A stretch of DNA of 58,341 bases from NCBI GenBank assembly GCA_965234725.1, contig CBDDUX010000044.1:1-58341 (forward strand). Reading direction: 5' to 3'. The stretch is from Thermoplasmatota archaeon (GTDB lineage: Archaea; Thermoplasmatota; Penumbrarchaeia; Penumbrarchaeales; Penumbrarchaeaceae). Within the stretch, counting starts at the first letter, position 1. Every line of letters begins with the position of its first letter. A program made the position numbers and the translations under genes. This document shows positions 1-9,680 of this stretch, piece after piece. The notes under the pieces were generated by a model. That model worked only from the letters and a program-made list of their open reading frames with translations. It was not told the origin of the DNA and ran no database searches.

Positions 1-25
1 CTTGAGTAAGGTCTAATTATGAGAC

Positions 26-1009
26 TTAAACCCCTGACGAAAATCGGTGTTTAATATACTTGTCAATAAGGCCTGGGAGAATTTTCTGAAGGTATTCAGT
101 ATCATTCTTTTTAAGTATGTGCATCGAGTTATAATTGTAAAGAGAAAATATCTCATGAGTGATGAAATATACTTCCATATCCAACAGTGATTCAATGGTC
201 TTTCTACTTCTAATGACCGAATTGATGAACAGGTCTCCCATTGCATAATCGATATGGAAACCAAAATAATTATAATACAGAACAAAGGCCATTTTCTGAT
301 TAGTTCCACGATGCGGTAAAAGCGAATCGAGTCTGGGAAGCACCTTTTTGATATTTTCAATATAGTATGATGTATCCAATCCAATTTTGTCGATGATATA
401 GCAGGCCCTTAGATAGGAGGTGCTATCCTGTTTGAATTGCTCGTCATCGATAATTTCCATATCATGATATTCGGGGGTGAAGGTAATCCTAGTAGCATCG
501 CCAGCCAGTTCTCTGTAATATATTTTCTTCTCAAGAGTTTCAGCGGTAAGATAAAGGCAGAGATATATATCCAGAAGTTCCACGAGCTTCTTTTTCCCTT
601 TAATTCCCATCTCGTCTCTCAACCGTATCGGGTCCACATCGAGTGTATCCAGCCATTCAAGTGCATTTTGGTTTATGGTCAGTACCCTTTCCTCATAATT
701 ATCGCTAGTATCGTCAGTTTGTATCTTTATATCATCGATATCATCGTTCTCATTTTCGCTATATCTATGGTAAATCACTGCGGTGGCACTTCCGAAAAGA
801 ATCAGGGTCAATAAACATAAAACGATAAGTCGTTTAGAAAGATTGGGAATATTATCATCATGTATTGTAAAGGGTTTATTAAGTGAGTGGGAATGCACTC
901 TGGTCATGTGCCTTTGCAAATTCTTTTTTTTTAAATCAACTCCGCACTTTGGGCAGGTTTCCCATTCATCGTCTGTTGTTCTCCCCTTACCCTCATGATT
1001 ACTGGACAC
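26..1009 (-). CDS. Membrane-anchored hypothetical protein with N-terminal C2H2 zinc finger; possibly C-terminally truncated
   Basis: CPKC-x12-H-x4-H (CPKCGVDLKKKNLQRHMTRVH), then a TM helix (LIVLCLLTLILFGSATAVIY), then a helical domain containing YFITHEIF; 327-aa ORF. Confidence 0.7.
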   Translation of the reverse strand: MSSNHEGKGRTTDDEWETCPKCGVDLKKKNLQRHMTRVHSHSLNKPFTIHDDNIPNLSKRLIVLCLLTLILFGSATAVIYHRYSENENDDIDDIKIQTDDTSDNYEERVLTINQNALEWLDTLDVDPIRLRDEMGIKGKKKLVELLDIYLCLYLTAETLEKKIYYRELAGDATRITFTPEYHDMEIIDDEQFKQDSTSYLRACYIIDKIGLDTSYYIENIKKVLPRLDSLLPHRGTNQKMAFVLYYNYFGFHIDYAMGDLFINSVIRSRKTIESLLDMEVYFITHEIFSLYNYNSMHILKKNDTEYLQKILPGLIDKYIKHRFSSGV

Positions 1010-1168
1010 GATGGTGATTAATATCGAAGTTTTTTATCTCTTTCGGGTTCATGAATATCCTTGGATATGGAGCGAAATATTATAGTCTATCTGTCAAGTA
1101 CATCATGTTTCAATCCCTAGATTTAATAGTGACACTCACTAAGGTTAGAAGGGAGATCCATTAAAACA

Positions 1169-1927
1169 TCAAACTGTTGCATTGATTTCCAGCAACTTCA
1201 GTTTATAAACCCATCCATCAATGGTTTCCATATGGAAGATTTTCCTTGGATCGTTCTTATGGAGAAAATACGTCTGAGAATCGATTATGTCCACTTCGGG
1301 CTCATGTTCCATCGGATTTATTGGGATTCTAATAACAAGAGCGTAATGAGTTCTCTCGATGTTGTTGAGTTTATTATTCATGAACTCGTTCTGTTTCCTT
1401 AACTCTCGGTTCTCAGTTTCTAGGTTGAATATTCTGTTTTGATGCTTATGGTCCATATGCTTTATCTTCTCATTTTTTTTCCTTAATTTCTCGACTAGTT
1501 CAGCATCATCTTTTAAGATGACCTTACATTTTGTTTCAGGTATATTCTCTGTATTTTCCATTCTCTTCCTGAGATTGTTCACTTCCTCCTTCCATCTTTC
1601 CAACCCTTTACATTTCTTATTAAGGTCCATTATTAGTCTCTTTTTCTCCTTTTCAAGCTTTTCCATCTTTAAGAAAAGATCTGTCATCTCACCTCTAATA
1701 TTCACTACCTCAGATTCAAGTGTTTCATTCTTCTCTTCAATTTCCAAGGATTTCAAATAACTTGAATAAAGTTCCTTCAATATCTCATCATCATCACTAT
1801 CTGGGAATTCCTTCCTTATCATATGCCATAGTTCTTGGTCAGTTACAGCTCTTCTGATAATCAATCTGATTGAGGGAATGATCAAGGATGACATACTATC
1901 AGACAGTCCATCAATCCATTTTACCAA
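1169..1927 (-). CDS. Hypothetical coiled-coil protein
   Basis: 252-aa ORF with a long E/K-rich heptad region; start uncertain (TTG). Confidence 0.6.
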   Translation of the reverse strand: MVKWIDGLSDSMSSLIIPSIRLIIRRAVTDQELWHMIRKEFPDSDDDEILKELYSSYLKSLEIEEKNETLESEVVNIRGEMTDLFLKMEKLEKEKKRLIMDLNKKCKGLERWKEEVNNLRKRMENTENIPETKCKVILKDDAELVEKLRKKNEKIKHMDHKHQNRIFNLETENRELRKQNEFMNNKLNNIERTHYALVIRIPINPMEHEPEVDIIDSQTYFLHKNDPRKIFHMETIDGWVYKLKLLEINATV

Positions 1928-2150
1928 ATCAATATATGGTTATTGGTTTCATGAAACAATGTAAGAGCGATTTATTGGATACCATGACCTAATGGAACAT
2001 CAATGGTATGAGAGATTAGAGATGCTATGGCTGGTCTGGAAGAAATGACAGAAAATATTTCATTCTCATTATACAAATATAATGGTATTTGTATAGAATT
2101 TATAATTCGAGATTACTCAATGAACTTGGTGACTTATAACAGCAAATTCC

Positions 2151-2363
2151 TTATTCAACTATCGGAAAGTATCTGGCCCAGAATCTCTCATGCAGGTAGT
2201 AGAGGATGGTCTGAATTGTTTGAAAGATAATCGTTATCAGGATCGATCGTGAGAAATCTCCGGTCAACAGCAGAGTAACAGACAATAATGAGATAATACA
2301 GATGATCCGGTATGATATCGATTTCAGTATACCGCGTTTCTTTGTCTCTAGTTTTCCCGACAA
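2151..2363 (-). CDS. DUF2061-like small membrane protein
   Basis: ETKKRGILKSISYRI...TILYYLHERFW matches the DUF2061 pattern; TTG at 2363 is preceded by a GGGTGA RBS (ORF track starts at 2420). Confidence 0.75.
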   Translation of the reverse strand: MSGKLETKKRGILKSISYRIICIISLLSVTLLLTGDFSRSILITIIFQTIQTILYYLHERFWARYFPIVE

Positions 2364-2418
2364 CCTGTTCACCCAACCAATATCATTATTCATGGAATTA
2401 ATCTTATGCTCTATTATC

Positions 2419-2485
2419 AAAAAAAATTAAAAAAAAGACCCTTGAATCGAAGTAAAACGATCTTCGGATTCATATCCAAGGGTCT
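2419..2485 (-). terminator. Probable terminator of the 1390-aa surface protein gene
   Basis: Inverted repeat AGACCCTTG (2436-2444) / CAAGGGTCT (2477-2485) with inner AATCGAAG/CTTCGGATT stem, followed on the minus strand by T-tracts (A-runs 2419-2436). Confidence 0.5.
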
Positions 2486-2538
2486 ATCATGGTCCAGACT
2501 ATTAGATTGTCATCCCATATCGGCTTCATATTCGGTCT

Positions 2539-5500
2539 CTATTTCTGGGATTGTTCCTTATCTCGGAACATGCCCAATTCTCTGGCACTTCCTTCCTTAT
2601 CCTTTTCCTCCTTTTTAACTTCTCTATCAATTCTTCTCATATGAGGATGAGAGGTTCTTGGTTCCTCTTCTTCGGAGGTCTTCGGTTCGAGCAAGGAATA
2701 TTTCTTTGCGATGAAAATGGTCGCTAAGATTAAGATGGTGAGCAGGGTCAATGTAATGGGCAATGCAAGCCATTTGTAGTCCTTTGGTCCGATATAAGGA
2801 TTCAATGGAGCTTCGTCATCTCCATCTTTGACACCATCGTTGTCATCATCGGTATCGGCGTTGTTTCCAATACCATCATTATCAGTGTCCAAGGATTCCG
2901 ATGCATCAAACGGGAATGCGTCATTCACATTCAAAACTCCATCCCCGTCAATATCGAGGTCTTTGTTATCACCCATACCATCTTTGTCGATATCCGACCA
3001 TTCGTAAGGATCATCGGGATAACTATCGTTCGAGTTCTGAATACCATCTCCGTCCCTGTCGGGATCCGAATTATCCCCGATCCCGTCTTCATCCAGATCA
3101 TCCCATTCGGATGGATCCGTTGGGAACAGGTCCTGGATATTGAATACATCATCACCATCTATGTCCAGGTCGGAATTATCCCCGATCCCGTCACCGTCAA
3201 GATCTATCCATTCTAGGGGATTCAGAGGGAATTCATCCTCCGTATTAACGAATCCGTCTCCGTCGATATCCGGATCGGTATTGTCTCCGATCCCGTCTTC
3301 ATCCGTATCCATGTATTCTGAGGACAGTAGTGGGAATACATCCCAGATGTTCATCACACCATCGCCATCGATGTCTAGGTCGGAATTGTCCCCGATCCCA
3401 TCTTCGTCAAGATCGGACCATTCATCAGGGTCTGTCGGGAAAGCGTCCTTGGAGTCGATGAATCCGTCATTGTCATCGTCCGTATCAACGGAATCCGGGA
3501 TATGGTCCTCATCCGAGTCAACAGGATAGATACATGCATCAAATGAATCAGTACCATAGGTAGTCTCTTCAGTATCAGACCAACCATCATTGTCGTCATC
3601 ATTATCCGCGTTATTCCCAATACCGTCACCATCGGAGTCCTCGGATTCGAACTCATCGAAGGGGAACAGATCCTTGAAGTTGGGGATGCCGTCTCCGTCG
3701 ATATCATCATCAAAATCATCCGCTACATCATCCCCATCCACATCCTGCAATGCATTCGTGAAAGAGATCTCAGGACTTTGACCACTGTTTTCCGAGATGT
3801 CCTCGGCTATGGCTAGTATTGTATGATCCCCAAGACCGAGTGCTTCGATGGATAATGTATACTCATAGTAAGATGATCCCAGTCTGCCTGACATCGGAAT
3901 GGTGGTCTCACCATCCAAAATAAGGTCCACCGATGCAAGATCCGATTCATCCGTCACCATTACGAGGACGATGACATCATCGAAGACATCCTGACCTGAT
4001 TGTGGTGATAATATAGATACGGAAGGCCCTGTCATATCATTGTTGAATATCAAAGAAGTCGTGTCAAGGACAGTATTGCCGTCACACCCCGATCCAACAA
4101 CCTTGATCAAATGAATCCCGTCCCTGTAATTATCGGAATTGAGATCATAGACCCAGGGGCCCTCATCCGTGCTTGTCATGACAAGCTCATCATCCACGTA
4201 GAAGTAAACGATATCAAGATCCGATCCGGAAACTGTGACCTCTATTTCCCCTGAAACCTTAGAACCATCTATTGGAGATATTATTGATACATCCGGATGC
4301 CAGTTGTCAGTTTCGAAGGACATGAAAGAGATTACGAATTTCCCATCGGGATCATAGCTGATCGCTTTTACAACATGGTTACCATCTGTCAGGAATGTAG
4401 TATTGATGGGGAACTGATGGGTATCCGAAGTCAATGTGAAGTCGATACCGTACAATGAACCGTCAATGAATATCTCCGTGTATTCACAATCCTCTGATGG
4501 GTTCGGTCGAACAGTGAATGTATATTCGCTGGATATTGCTGACCCGGGATCATCGATGGGATTTCCCGCAAGTGCCCAGTTGTCAACGGTATAGGATTTC
4601 GACAGTGCAGACTCGCCATAAGTGTTGTAGGCCACCGCTCTGAAGCTGTGGACGCCATCACTTATCAGTTCGCTGTTCAGGTTAAACACATAATCACCCG
4701 AAGAAGAAAGTGACATATCTCCCATGAGTGTGGAGTCCACATAGAACTTCACACCATCAGCTTTCGAAGACGATGCAATGAAATCAACACTTGTACCGGA
4801 TATTGGTTTTTGTTCGGTTGGATCCAGATCGAATTTGATCATAGTGGGAGGGATTCCGGTTCCTTTGTTGTATACGGTCACCTCGATATACCGTCTAACA
4901 ACCACTCCCTCATCGTCTTTGGCTACAATTATGACATCGTAGTTGCCATTATTCAGAGTTGTCGTATCCCATGAGCAAGACCATATGTTCGTATTGTTAG
5001 TTTTAATAAGGGAGGTCCAAGTGGTCTGTCCTTCAACTTGGAAACCGCACCATTTCACACCATTTGCATTCTCATCAACTGCCATTATCTGGAAAGTATA
5101 ACCGCTCCCAGTTGCGGTTCCCTGATCCTGAGGTGCTATCAGTTTTATTGCAGGTCCTCCAAGTTGGAGATATGCAAATCCCATATCAAGGAAAACATTA
5201 TTGTTCTTGTCTATCAGGGTGGCATTATTATTGGCAGTATATTCCCAGAAATAATCAGCAACCCCAACTGCATCATCGTCATGATACTGGAGGTGGAATC
5301 CGATCAATGCGTTCTTGGCAAGGTATAGATCTTCATCGTTTGCACCATCTTTTGCAGCAGAGTAATTCAATCTGAACTCGAACTCGTATCTGTTGGGTTT
5401 AAGGTAATATCTTACCTTTCCTAGTTGATCCTCATTATCTGTATCTGTATCTGCATCCCAGTCAGAGACGCCCCCGGAAGCAGTGAATTGCTGATCCTGG

Positions 5501-6672
5501 AAACCATCCGCTTTCGAGATCTGAAGTGCGTTCTCACAATCATGGTCCAGGATGTAATCCCTGTCTATTGCCGGTAATGAAGTGTAGTTCTGTTCGAAAA
5601 AGAGGGTGAGAGTGTCACCGCCTGAGGATTTGTTGTCGTAGATTACGACTCCAAAATAGATGTAAGTATCATCTGGATTCTCAACGATATAAACTTCAGC
5701 ATTCATTTTTGATCCGTTGAAATTGGTTAGAACCATATCCCTCTGATATGAATCAGCCCAGGAGAAGTCAGATGTGATATCTCCATCAACGGTTGGATCA
5801 CCGCCAATTGCATATGTGGCGTGTAGAGTAAGGTCGGATCTCTTCACACCCAACCGTATGTCACCCCACGTTTTGGTTCCATTTGCCGTGTAGCTGTTGG
5901 GATCCTTATTGGTCATGGACCAGTAATAATCAGTGTAAGACACGCTCTGACCCTGGAGTCTTGCATGTATCATAATCCCAAGTTCTTCGGAGGGATTTAT
6001 GTTTAGATCCGAACTCGATGATGAATCGGCTTTCTTGTTCAACGGTACCTTGAACTCATATGTGAGCTGAGTTGATACGATATCCCCGTAAACATACGCG
6101 CCAACATCCGTTGAAGAATCACCGTCTGTGATCCAGGCCGTTCCGTTCCAGCAGAGGTCAGTTAAAGTGGGTGTAACCGAGGATTTCTTGCACCTGACAG
6201 CATTCTCATTCGGAGCAGAGGTCGTTCCGGTGAGTCTGTCATCGTGGTCACCGTCATAGGTGGATGCTGCACCATCGCCCTCATCTAAGAATAGGGTTAC
6301 CCAGTTGTTATTATTACCCGAATTCTCATATCTATAAGTCATACCCACGTACAGGTACTCAGCATCGTTCATGAAAAGTATGGTTGCATCGATTGCCCTG
6401 GAACCGTTCCCATTCTCCATCCTAATAGTACGTACATAGGCACTGGCCCATTCGGCATTGCCTCCGCCGGTTGCAGTGTTGAATCTTCCATCCAATACCG
6501 GTCGGTTATCATCATCAATATAATACGAATATAGCTGCTCGCTTTCACCGCTATCTTCGGCCACGTGGGCTTCGGAGATCTCTGATGTACCAACCAAAAG
6601 GCCGAGCAATCCACTGATCAGAAATAGATATCCGATCATTAGGCTTCCTGCAATTTTCCTTTTATTTTCCAT
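2539..6672 (-). CDS. Large cell-surface protein: two DOMON/CBM9-like domains, Ig-like domains, thrombospondin type-3 (Ca-binding) repeats, C-terminal TM anchor
   Basis: Signal peptide; duplicated PxxDG...W...YxYxG...YEF domain; many DxDGDGxxN/DxFP repeats; TM WLALPITLTLLTILILATIFIA. Start 6672 chosen for its GGTGA RBS (ORF track 6711). Confidence 0.85.
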   Translation of the reverse strand: MENKRKIAGSLMIGYLFLISGLLGLLVGTSEISEAHVAEDSGESEQLYSYYIDDDNRPVLDGRFNTATGGGNAEWASAYVRTIRMENGNGSRAIDATILFMNDAEYLYVGMTYRYENSGNNNNWVTLFLDEGDGAASTYDGDHDDRLTGTTSAPNENAVRCKKSSVTPTLTDLCWNGTAWITDGDSSTDVGAYVYGDIVSTQLTYEFKVPLNKKADSSSSSDLNINPSEELGIMIHARLQGQSVSYTDYYWSMTNKDPNSYTANGTKTWGDIRLGVKRSDLTLHATYAIGGDPTVDGDITSDFSWADSYQRDMVLTNFNGSKMNAEVYIVENPDDTYIYFGVVIYDNKSSGGDTLTLFFEQNYTSLPAIDRDYILDHDCENALQISKADGFQDQQFTASGGVSDWDADTDTDNEDQLGKVRYYLKPNRYEFEFRLNYSAAKDGANDEDLYLAKNALIGFHLQYHDDDAVGVADYFWEYTANNNATLIDKNNNVFLDMGFAYLQLGGPAIKLIAPQDQGTATGSGYTFQIMAVDENANGVKWCGFQVEGQTTWTSLIKTNNTNIWSCSWDTTTLNNGNYDVIIVAKDDEGVVVRRYIEVTVYNKGTGIPPTMIKFDLDPTEQKPISGTSVDFIASSSKADGVKFYVDSTLMGDMSLSSSGDYVFNLNSELISDGVHSFRAVAYNTYGESALSKSYTVDNWALAGNPIDDPGSAISSEYTFTVRPNPSEDCEYTEIFIDGSLYGIDFTLTSDTHQFPINTTFLTDGNHVVKAISYDPDGKFVISFMSFETDNWHPDVSIISPIDGSKVSGEIEVTVSGSDLDIVYFYVDDELVMTSTDEGPWVYDLNSDNYRDGIHLIKVVGSGCDGNTVLDTTSLIFNNDMTGPSVSILSPQSGQDVFDDVIVLVMVTDESDLASVDLILDGETTIPMSGRLGSSYYEYTLSIEALGLGDHTILAIAEDISENSGQSPEISFTNALQDVDGDDVADDFDDDIDGDGIPNFKDLFPFDEFESEDSDGDGIGNNADNDDDNDGWSDTEETTYGTDSFDACIYPVDSDEDHIPDSVDTDDDNDGFIDSKDAFPTDPDEWSDLDEDGIGDNSDLDIDGDGVMNIWDVFPLLSSEYMDTDEDGIGDNTDPDIDGDGFVNTEDEFPLNPLEWIDLDGDGIGDNSDLDIDGDDVFNIQDLFPTDPSEWDDLDEDGIGDNSDPDRDGDGIQNSNDSYPDDPYEWSDIDKDGMGDNKDLDIDGDGVLNVNDAFPFDASESLDTDNDGIGNNADTDDDNDGVKDGDDEAPLNPYIGPKDYKWLALPITLTLLTILILATIFIAKKYSLLEPKTSEEEEPRTSHPHMRRIDREVKKEEKDKEGSARELGMFRDKEQSQK

Positions 6673-6741
6673 TCCATCACCTTTCTTATGATTTGTTTTT
6701 TCAACTACCATTTCAATAAAAAGTTGAATATAAGCCCATTA

Positions 6742-6798
6742 TGGTGCAAAAATCTTCGATTCGAGCAATCGTCAAACAGTTCGAAGAGGATTGCACCA
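6742..6798. promoter_or_regulatory. Imperfect inverted repeat in a divergent promoter region (candidate operator)
   Basis: TGGTGCAA-aaa-TCTTCGA (6742-6759), 21-nt spacer, TCGAAGA-gga-TTGCACCA (6781-6798), between divergent genes. Confidence 0.5.
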
Positions 6799-6856
6799 CA
6801 TTTACTACATATACTCAGGTTAAATGGCCTTTAGAGAAAGTCGATGGTGATCCTTC

Positions 6857-7993
6857 ATGTATGATCTCAGAAAGATAGGCCCGATCCTTGTTGCCGTTGG
6901 TTTGATTGTCTTGATCCTGCCTTCTCACGTAATAGCGGGAGAACCTCAAGGATCCATGGAAAAGAAAGTGGAAAAGACCGAGGACGGAGGATACCACATC
7001 CAGATTGGTGAGATGAACGTTTACTATTATGGTTACAGGATGCAGTTCAACTCAGCTGATTCAGAGGACTTTGATGACTTCCATCTAAACATGAAGACTC
7101 TGAAAATCCAGGGTGATCTGGATGATACTGGGACTGGAGAATATTACTGCAATCTCAATCAAGTCATATGGCAATATCGGACAGGTGAAGGATATGGACT
7201 CCTCGAAGGGTATGCCGATCTGGACCTCGAAATGACAAGTTCTCATGGTCAAAATATTGATCAATCTACTTCAACTGGGGATTCGGAACAAAACCAGGAT
7301 CCGGTGAATTCAGGGGGTCAAGGTAATTCACAACCAGATGAAACGGGAGGACAATCTGATGGTGGAGGAACGGGATCGGATGATGAAATATTGATTGATT
7401 GGGCAAGATTGATGATCCGCTTCCAGGGATTGGATCACGAGGGAGGACTCAAGTTCGATATTAGAATACAGCTTAAGGAAGAAGCAAGAGGCGATACGAA
7501 GATCACTCTGGAACAGGACATGAAAGGAGAGGAGAAGACCTACGAACATAGACATGTCACCCATTCAGGAGAGACTACCATTTCCGGTAATAAACCGGGT
7601 GAATACCAGCTTCGATCGGATGACAAGATGGTAGCCAAGTATTCATGGTTGTATCCATACAACACAACGAATGAAAACGGTACACAGATCGAGGAGCGAT
7701 CGATGAATGAGGATATCCTTGAAGGAGAAAACATTGCATTCGAGTACCAGGTCAAGGCCGGAGAACAAATGATTGTTCATGATCCAAACATATTTGTGAA
7801 CAGTGAAAATATAATTTCTATCCTCGGTGATGCAGAAGATCTGGTTAAGGAGCACTGGCAGTCGATAGCGGCAGGCATATTCGTAGGTTTGGTTCTGATG
7901 ATGATAGTCTCCGCCACTTTCATCAAGCTATCCGGGAACGGTTCGAATGATGATGAGAAATTCGACTTGAAGAAGAACAGATATTACAAGTGA
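6857..7993 (+). CDS. Secreted/membrane-anchored hypothetical protein
   Basis: GGTGA RBS, N-terminal signal peptide, Gly/Ser/Asp linker, HDP motif before a C-terminal TM helix. Confidence 0.8.
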   Translation: MYDLRKIGPILVAVGLIVLILPSHVIAGEPQGSMEKKVEKTEDGGYHIQIGEMNVYYYGYRMQFNSADSEDFDDFHLNMKTLKIQGDLDDTGTGEYYCNLNQVIWQYRTGEGYGLLEGYADLDLEMTSSHGQNIDQSTSTGDSEQNQDPVNSGGQGNSQPDETGGQSDGGGTGSDDEILIDWARLMIRFQGLDHEGGLKFDIRIQLKEEARGDTKITLEQDMKGEEKTYEHRHVTHSGETTISGNKPGEYQLRSDDKMVAKYSWLYPYNTTNENGTQIEERSMNEDILEGENIAFEYQVKAGEQMIVHDPNIFVNSENIISILGDAEDLVKEHWQSIAAGIFVGLVLMMIVSATFIKLSGNGSNDDEKFDLKKNRYYK

Positions 7994-8060
7994 TCGTCAT
8001 CCGAACCTTTAGAGAAAATGTGTCTTGCAGTTGAGTATAGATCTCAGAGTCGGAAATACC

Positions 8061-8597
8061 TTATTGGGTCCACGATTCGATCAATGTATCGACAATCCTA
8101 TCGACGAATGAGGACCGGAACGCAAGGATAAGTTCGAATACCCTGTCTGGCTCCTTGATCGAGTACCTCTGCATCCTGGTATCTCCGGTAGATCTGATCA
8201 AATCATCCTTTGAAAATCGTTTCAGATGATAGGATATCGTGGCCGATGATACGGTGAAATGTCTTGTAAAATCCCTGTTCTCGGATCCGGGATTTTCTAA
8301 CAGGAAAAGCAGTATTCCTCTCGGTAATTCCTTTCGTAGATAGGAGAGGATCAACTTATCCTTCATGGAAATAGGTTGATCCCGGATGAAGTATCTCGTA
8401 TAATGTTCCTCCTTCGCTTCTGTTATGATCTCCTTCTTTGTCATTTCTCTAAGATGATACTGGAGGGTTCCGGATGCAAATCCAGTCTCTCTCTCCAGGC
8501 TTCGAAAATGTACTCCCGGATTGCCTCTGATTATTCGATAGATCTTCCTTCGCGATCTTATGTCATCGATCTCAAAGGGTGTATCATCTTCCTTCAA
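8061..8597 (-). CDS. Double winged-helix transcriptional regulator (COG3398/ArsR-like)
   Basis: RRKIYRIIRGNPGVHFRSLERETGFASGTLQYHL and a second wHTH ENPG...VSSATISYHLKRF; TTG 8597 overlaps the upstream TGA and follows GGAGG (ORF track 8693). Confidence 0.85.
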   Translation of the reverse strand: MKEDDTPFEIDDIRSRRKIYRIIRGNPGVHFRSLERETGFASGTLQYHLREMTKKEIITEAKEEHYTRYFIRDQPISMKDKLILSYLRKELPRGILLFLLENPGSENRDFTRHFTVSSATISYHLKRFSKDDLIRSTGDTRMQRYSIKEPDRVFELILAFRSSFVDRIVDTLIESWTQ

Positions 8598-8908
8598 TCC
8601 ACTCCTCCCTCCCGATGAGATGTGTTCAAGATCAGTTTGATTATCGTGATCAAAATAAAAACTGTAACAGGTATCGGAAATATCCATCCCCAAACGGGGA
8701 TCTCTCCTTCAAGGGATCCAAATACAAAATATAGCAAAGGCAAGATTGAGATAAATGCAAGGGAAAAGGATATCGATCCAAGAAAGAATGCTCTTTTTTC
8801 TTTTCTCCTGAAATAACCGATGAAATACAGTATCGACAGGAAGAAACCCAAAATTCCTCCTGCAGCCAGGGTCATGTCTAGAATTAACATTATTAAGCCA
8901 TGATTCAA
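8594..8908 (-). CDS. Small multi-TM membrane protein translationally coupled to the wHTH regulator
   Basis: 104 aa with three hydrophobic segments; its stop overlaps the regulator start (TTGA). Confidence 0.7.
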   Translation of the reverse strand: MNHGLIMLILDMTLAAGGILGFFLSILYFIGYFRRKEKRAFFLGSISFSLAFISILPLLYFVFGSLEGEIPVWGWIFPIPVTVFILITIIKLILNTSHREGGVD

Positions 8909-9070
8909 TGGTTAAAACTGCATATAAGTGTTCTTGTTGGATCAATATTTGGAATATTTTTTAGATATCGAGTTCTTCTATATGCGAGGAGTATTCGATT
9001 GGGATAATCTCCACTTCAAATAAATAATGATGATGCAAATGGTCAAGAAAGCAATAAAAAAGTTAGTTGA

Positions 9071-9303
9071 ATTATAGGGGTGAAGCCCCTTCCGACGCAT
9101 TGAAAGGGGCTTCTTTTTCTCTTGGTCCGGACCGTTTTCATCCGTTATCCGCTCGGAAATCTTTTCTCGAAAATGGGTTTTTCGGGGCATTTTCCGGATA
9201 ATTTAGCTTTTCTAGTTAAACCCCGATCTACCAAATATGAGGGTAGTTTTACGACACCATGACTATAGTTATATGACACCAAAGGGCTAGAACACGACAG
9301 GAT
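9071..9303. repeat. Non-coding repeat element, copy 1
   Basis: GGTGAAGCCCCTT...AAGGGGCTTC hairpin, GAAATCTTTTCTCGAAAA core, AAACCCCGATCTACC, phased ACGAC motifs; near-identical to 19297-19527. Confidence 0.92.
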
Positions 9304-9680
9304 TGTGAATACTGGATAGAATTTTGAAGGCGGGATGTTTTAAACATTTTTAGTTAACTAATATCCATTTTTGAGGATTTTCTCCATAATTATTTTTTCA
9401 AATATAGAATTATAATCTACACGGTATGATAATATTGAGAAGAATCCCATTACATTATTTCTGTTATTCCCATTGAAATATACTTTGATGTATCTTTGAA
9501 AAATTTCTTTTTATGAATTTTACACCATACGCCCATCGAATTTAGCAGATTGAAACTTTTACTATAAATTTCCCTAAATCGAATGAAAATGCTAAATAGT
9601 TCATCTATCCATATCATTTATTCGAGTACTTGATTTGATATCTGGTAAGATACACAAATCAAGATTCAGGGGAGATATAG

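Noticed and set aside
26-34. TTAAACCCC as part of a fourth repeat copy
   Set aside because: Only 9 nt match; the flanks do not align with the other copies.
2901-3781. Ser/Pro-rich antisense and alternate-frame ORFs in TSP3 tracts (also 9974-10174 and 46597-47109)
   Set aside because: Artefacts of Asp/Gly codon repeats on the coding strand.
6742-6798. 57-bp dyad as an attC site
   Set aside because: The length fits, but there are no AAC/GTT core triplets and it lies between divergent starts, which suits an operator better.
9082-9120. Repeat hairpin as merely an intrinsic terminator
   Set aside because: The hairpin plus T-tract could terminate the genes before copies 2 and 3. But copy 1 has no plus-strand gene ending before it, and about 190 bp beyond the hairpin are also conserved.
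8978-9190. ORFs 8978-9190 and 19288-19485 sharing MPRKT.FREKISERITD, read as a repeated small gene
   Set aside because: They are translations of the repeat. The copies differ by frameshifting indels, and copy 2 has TGA TAA in that frame and no start codon.
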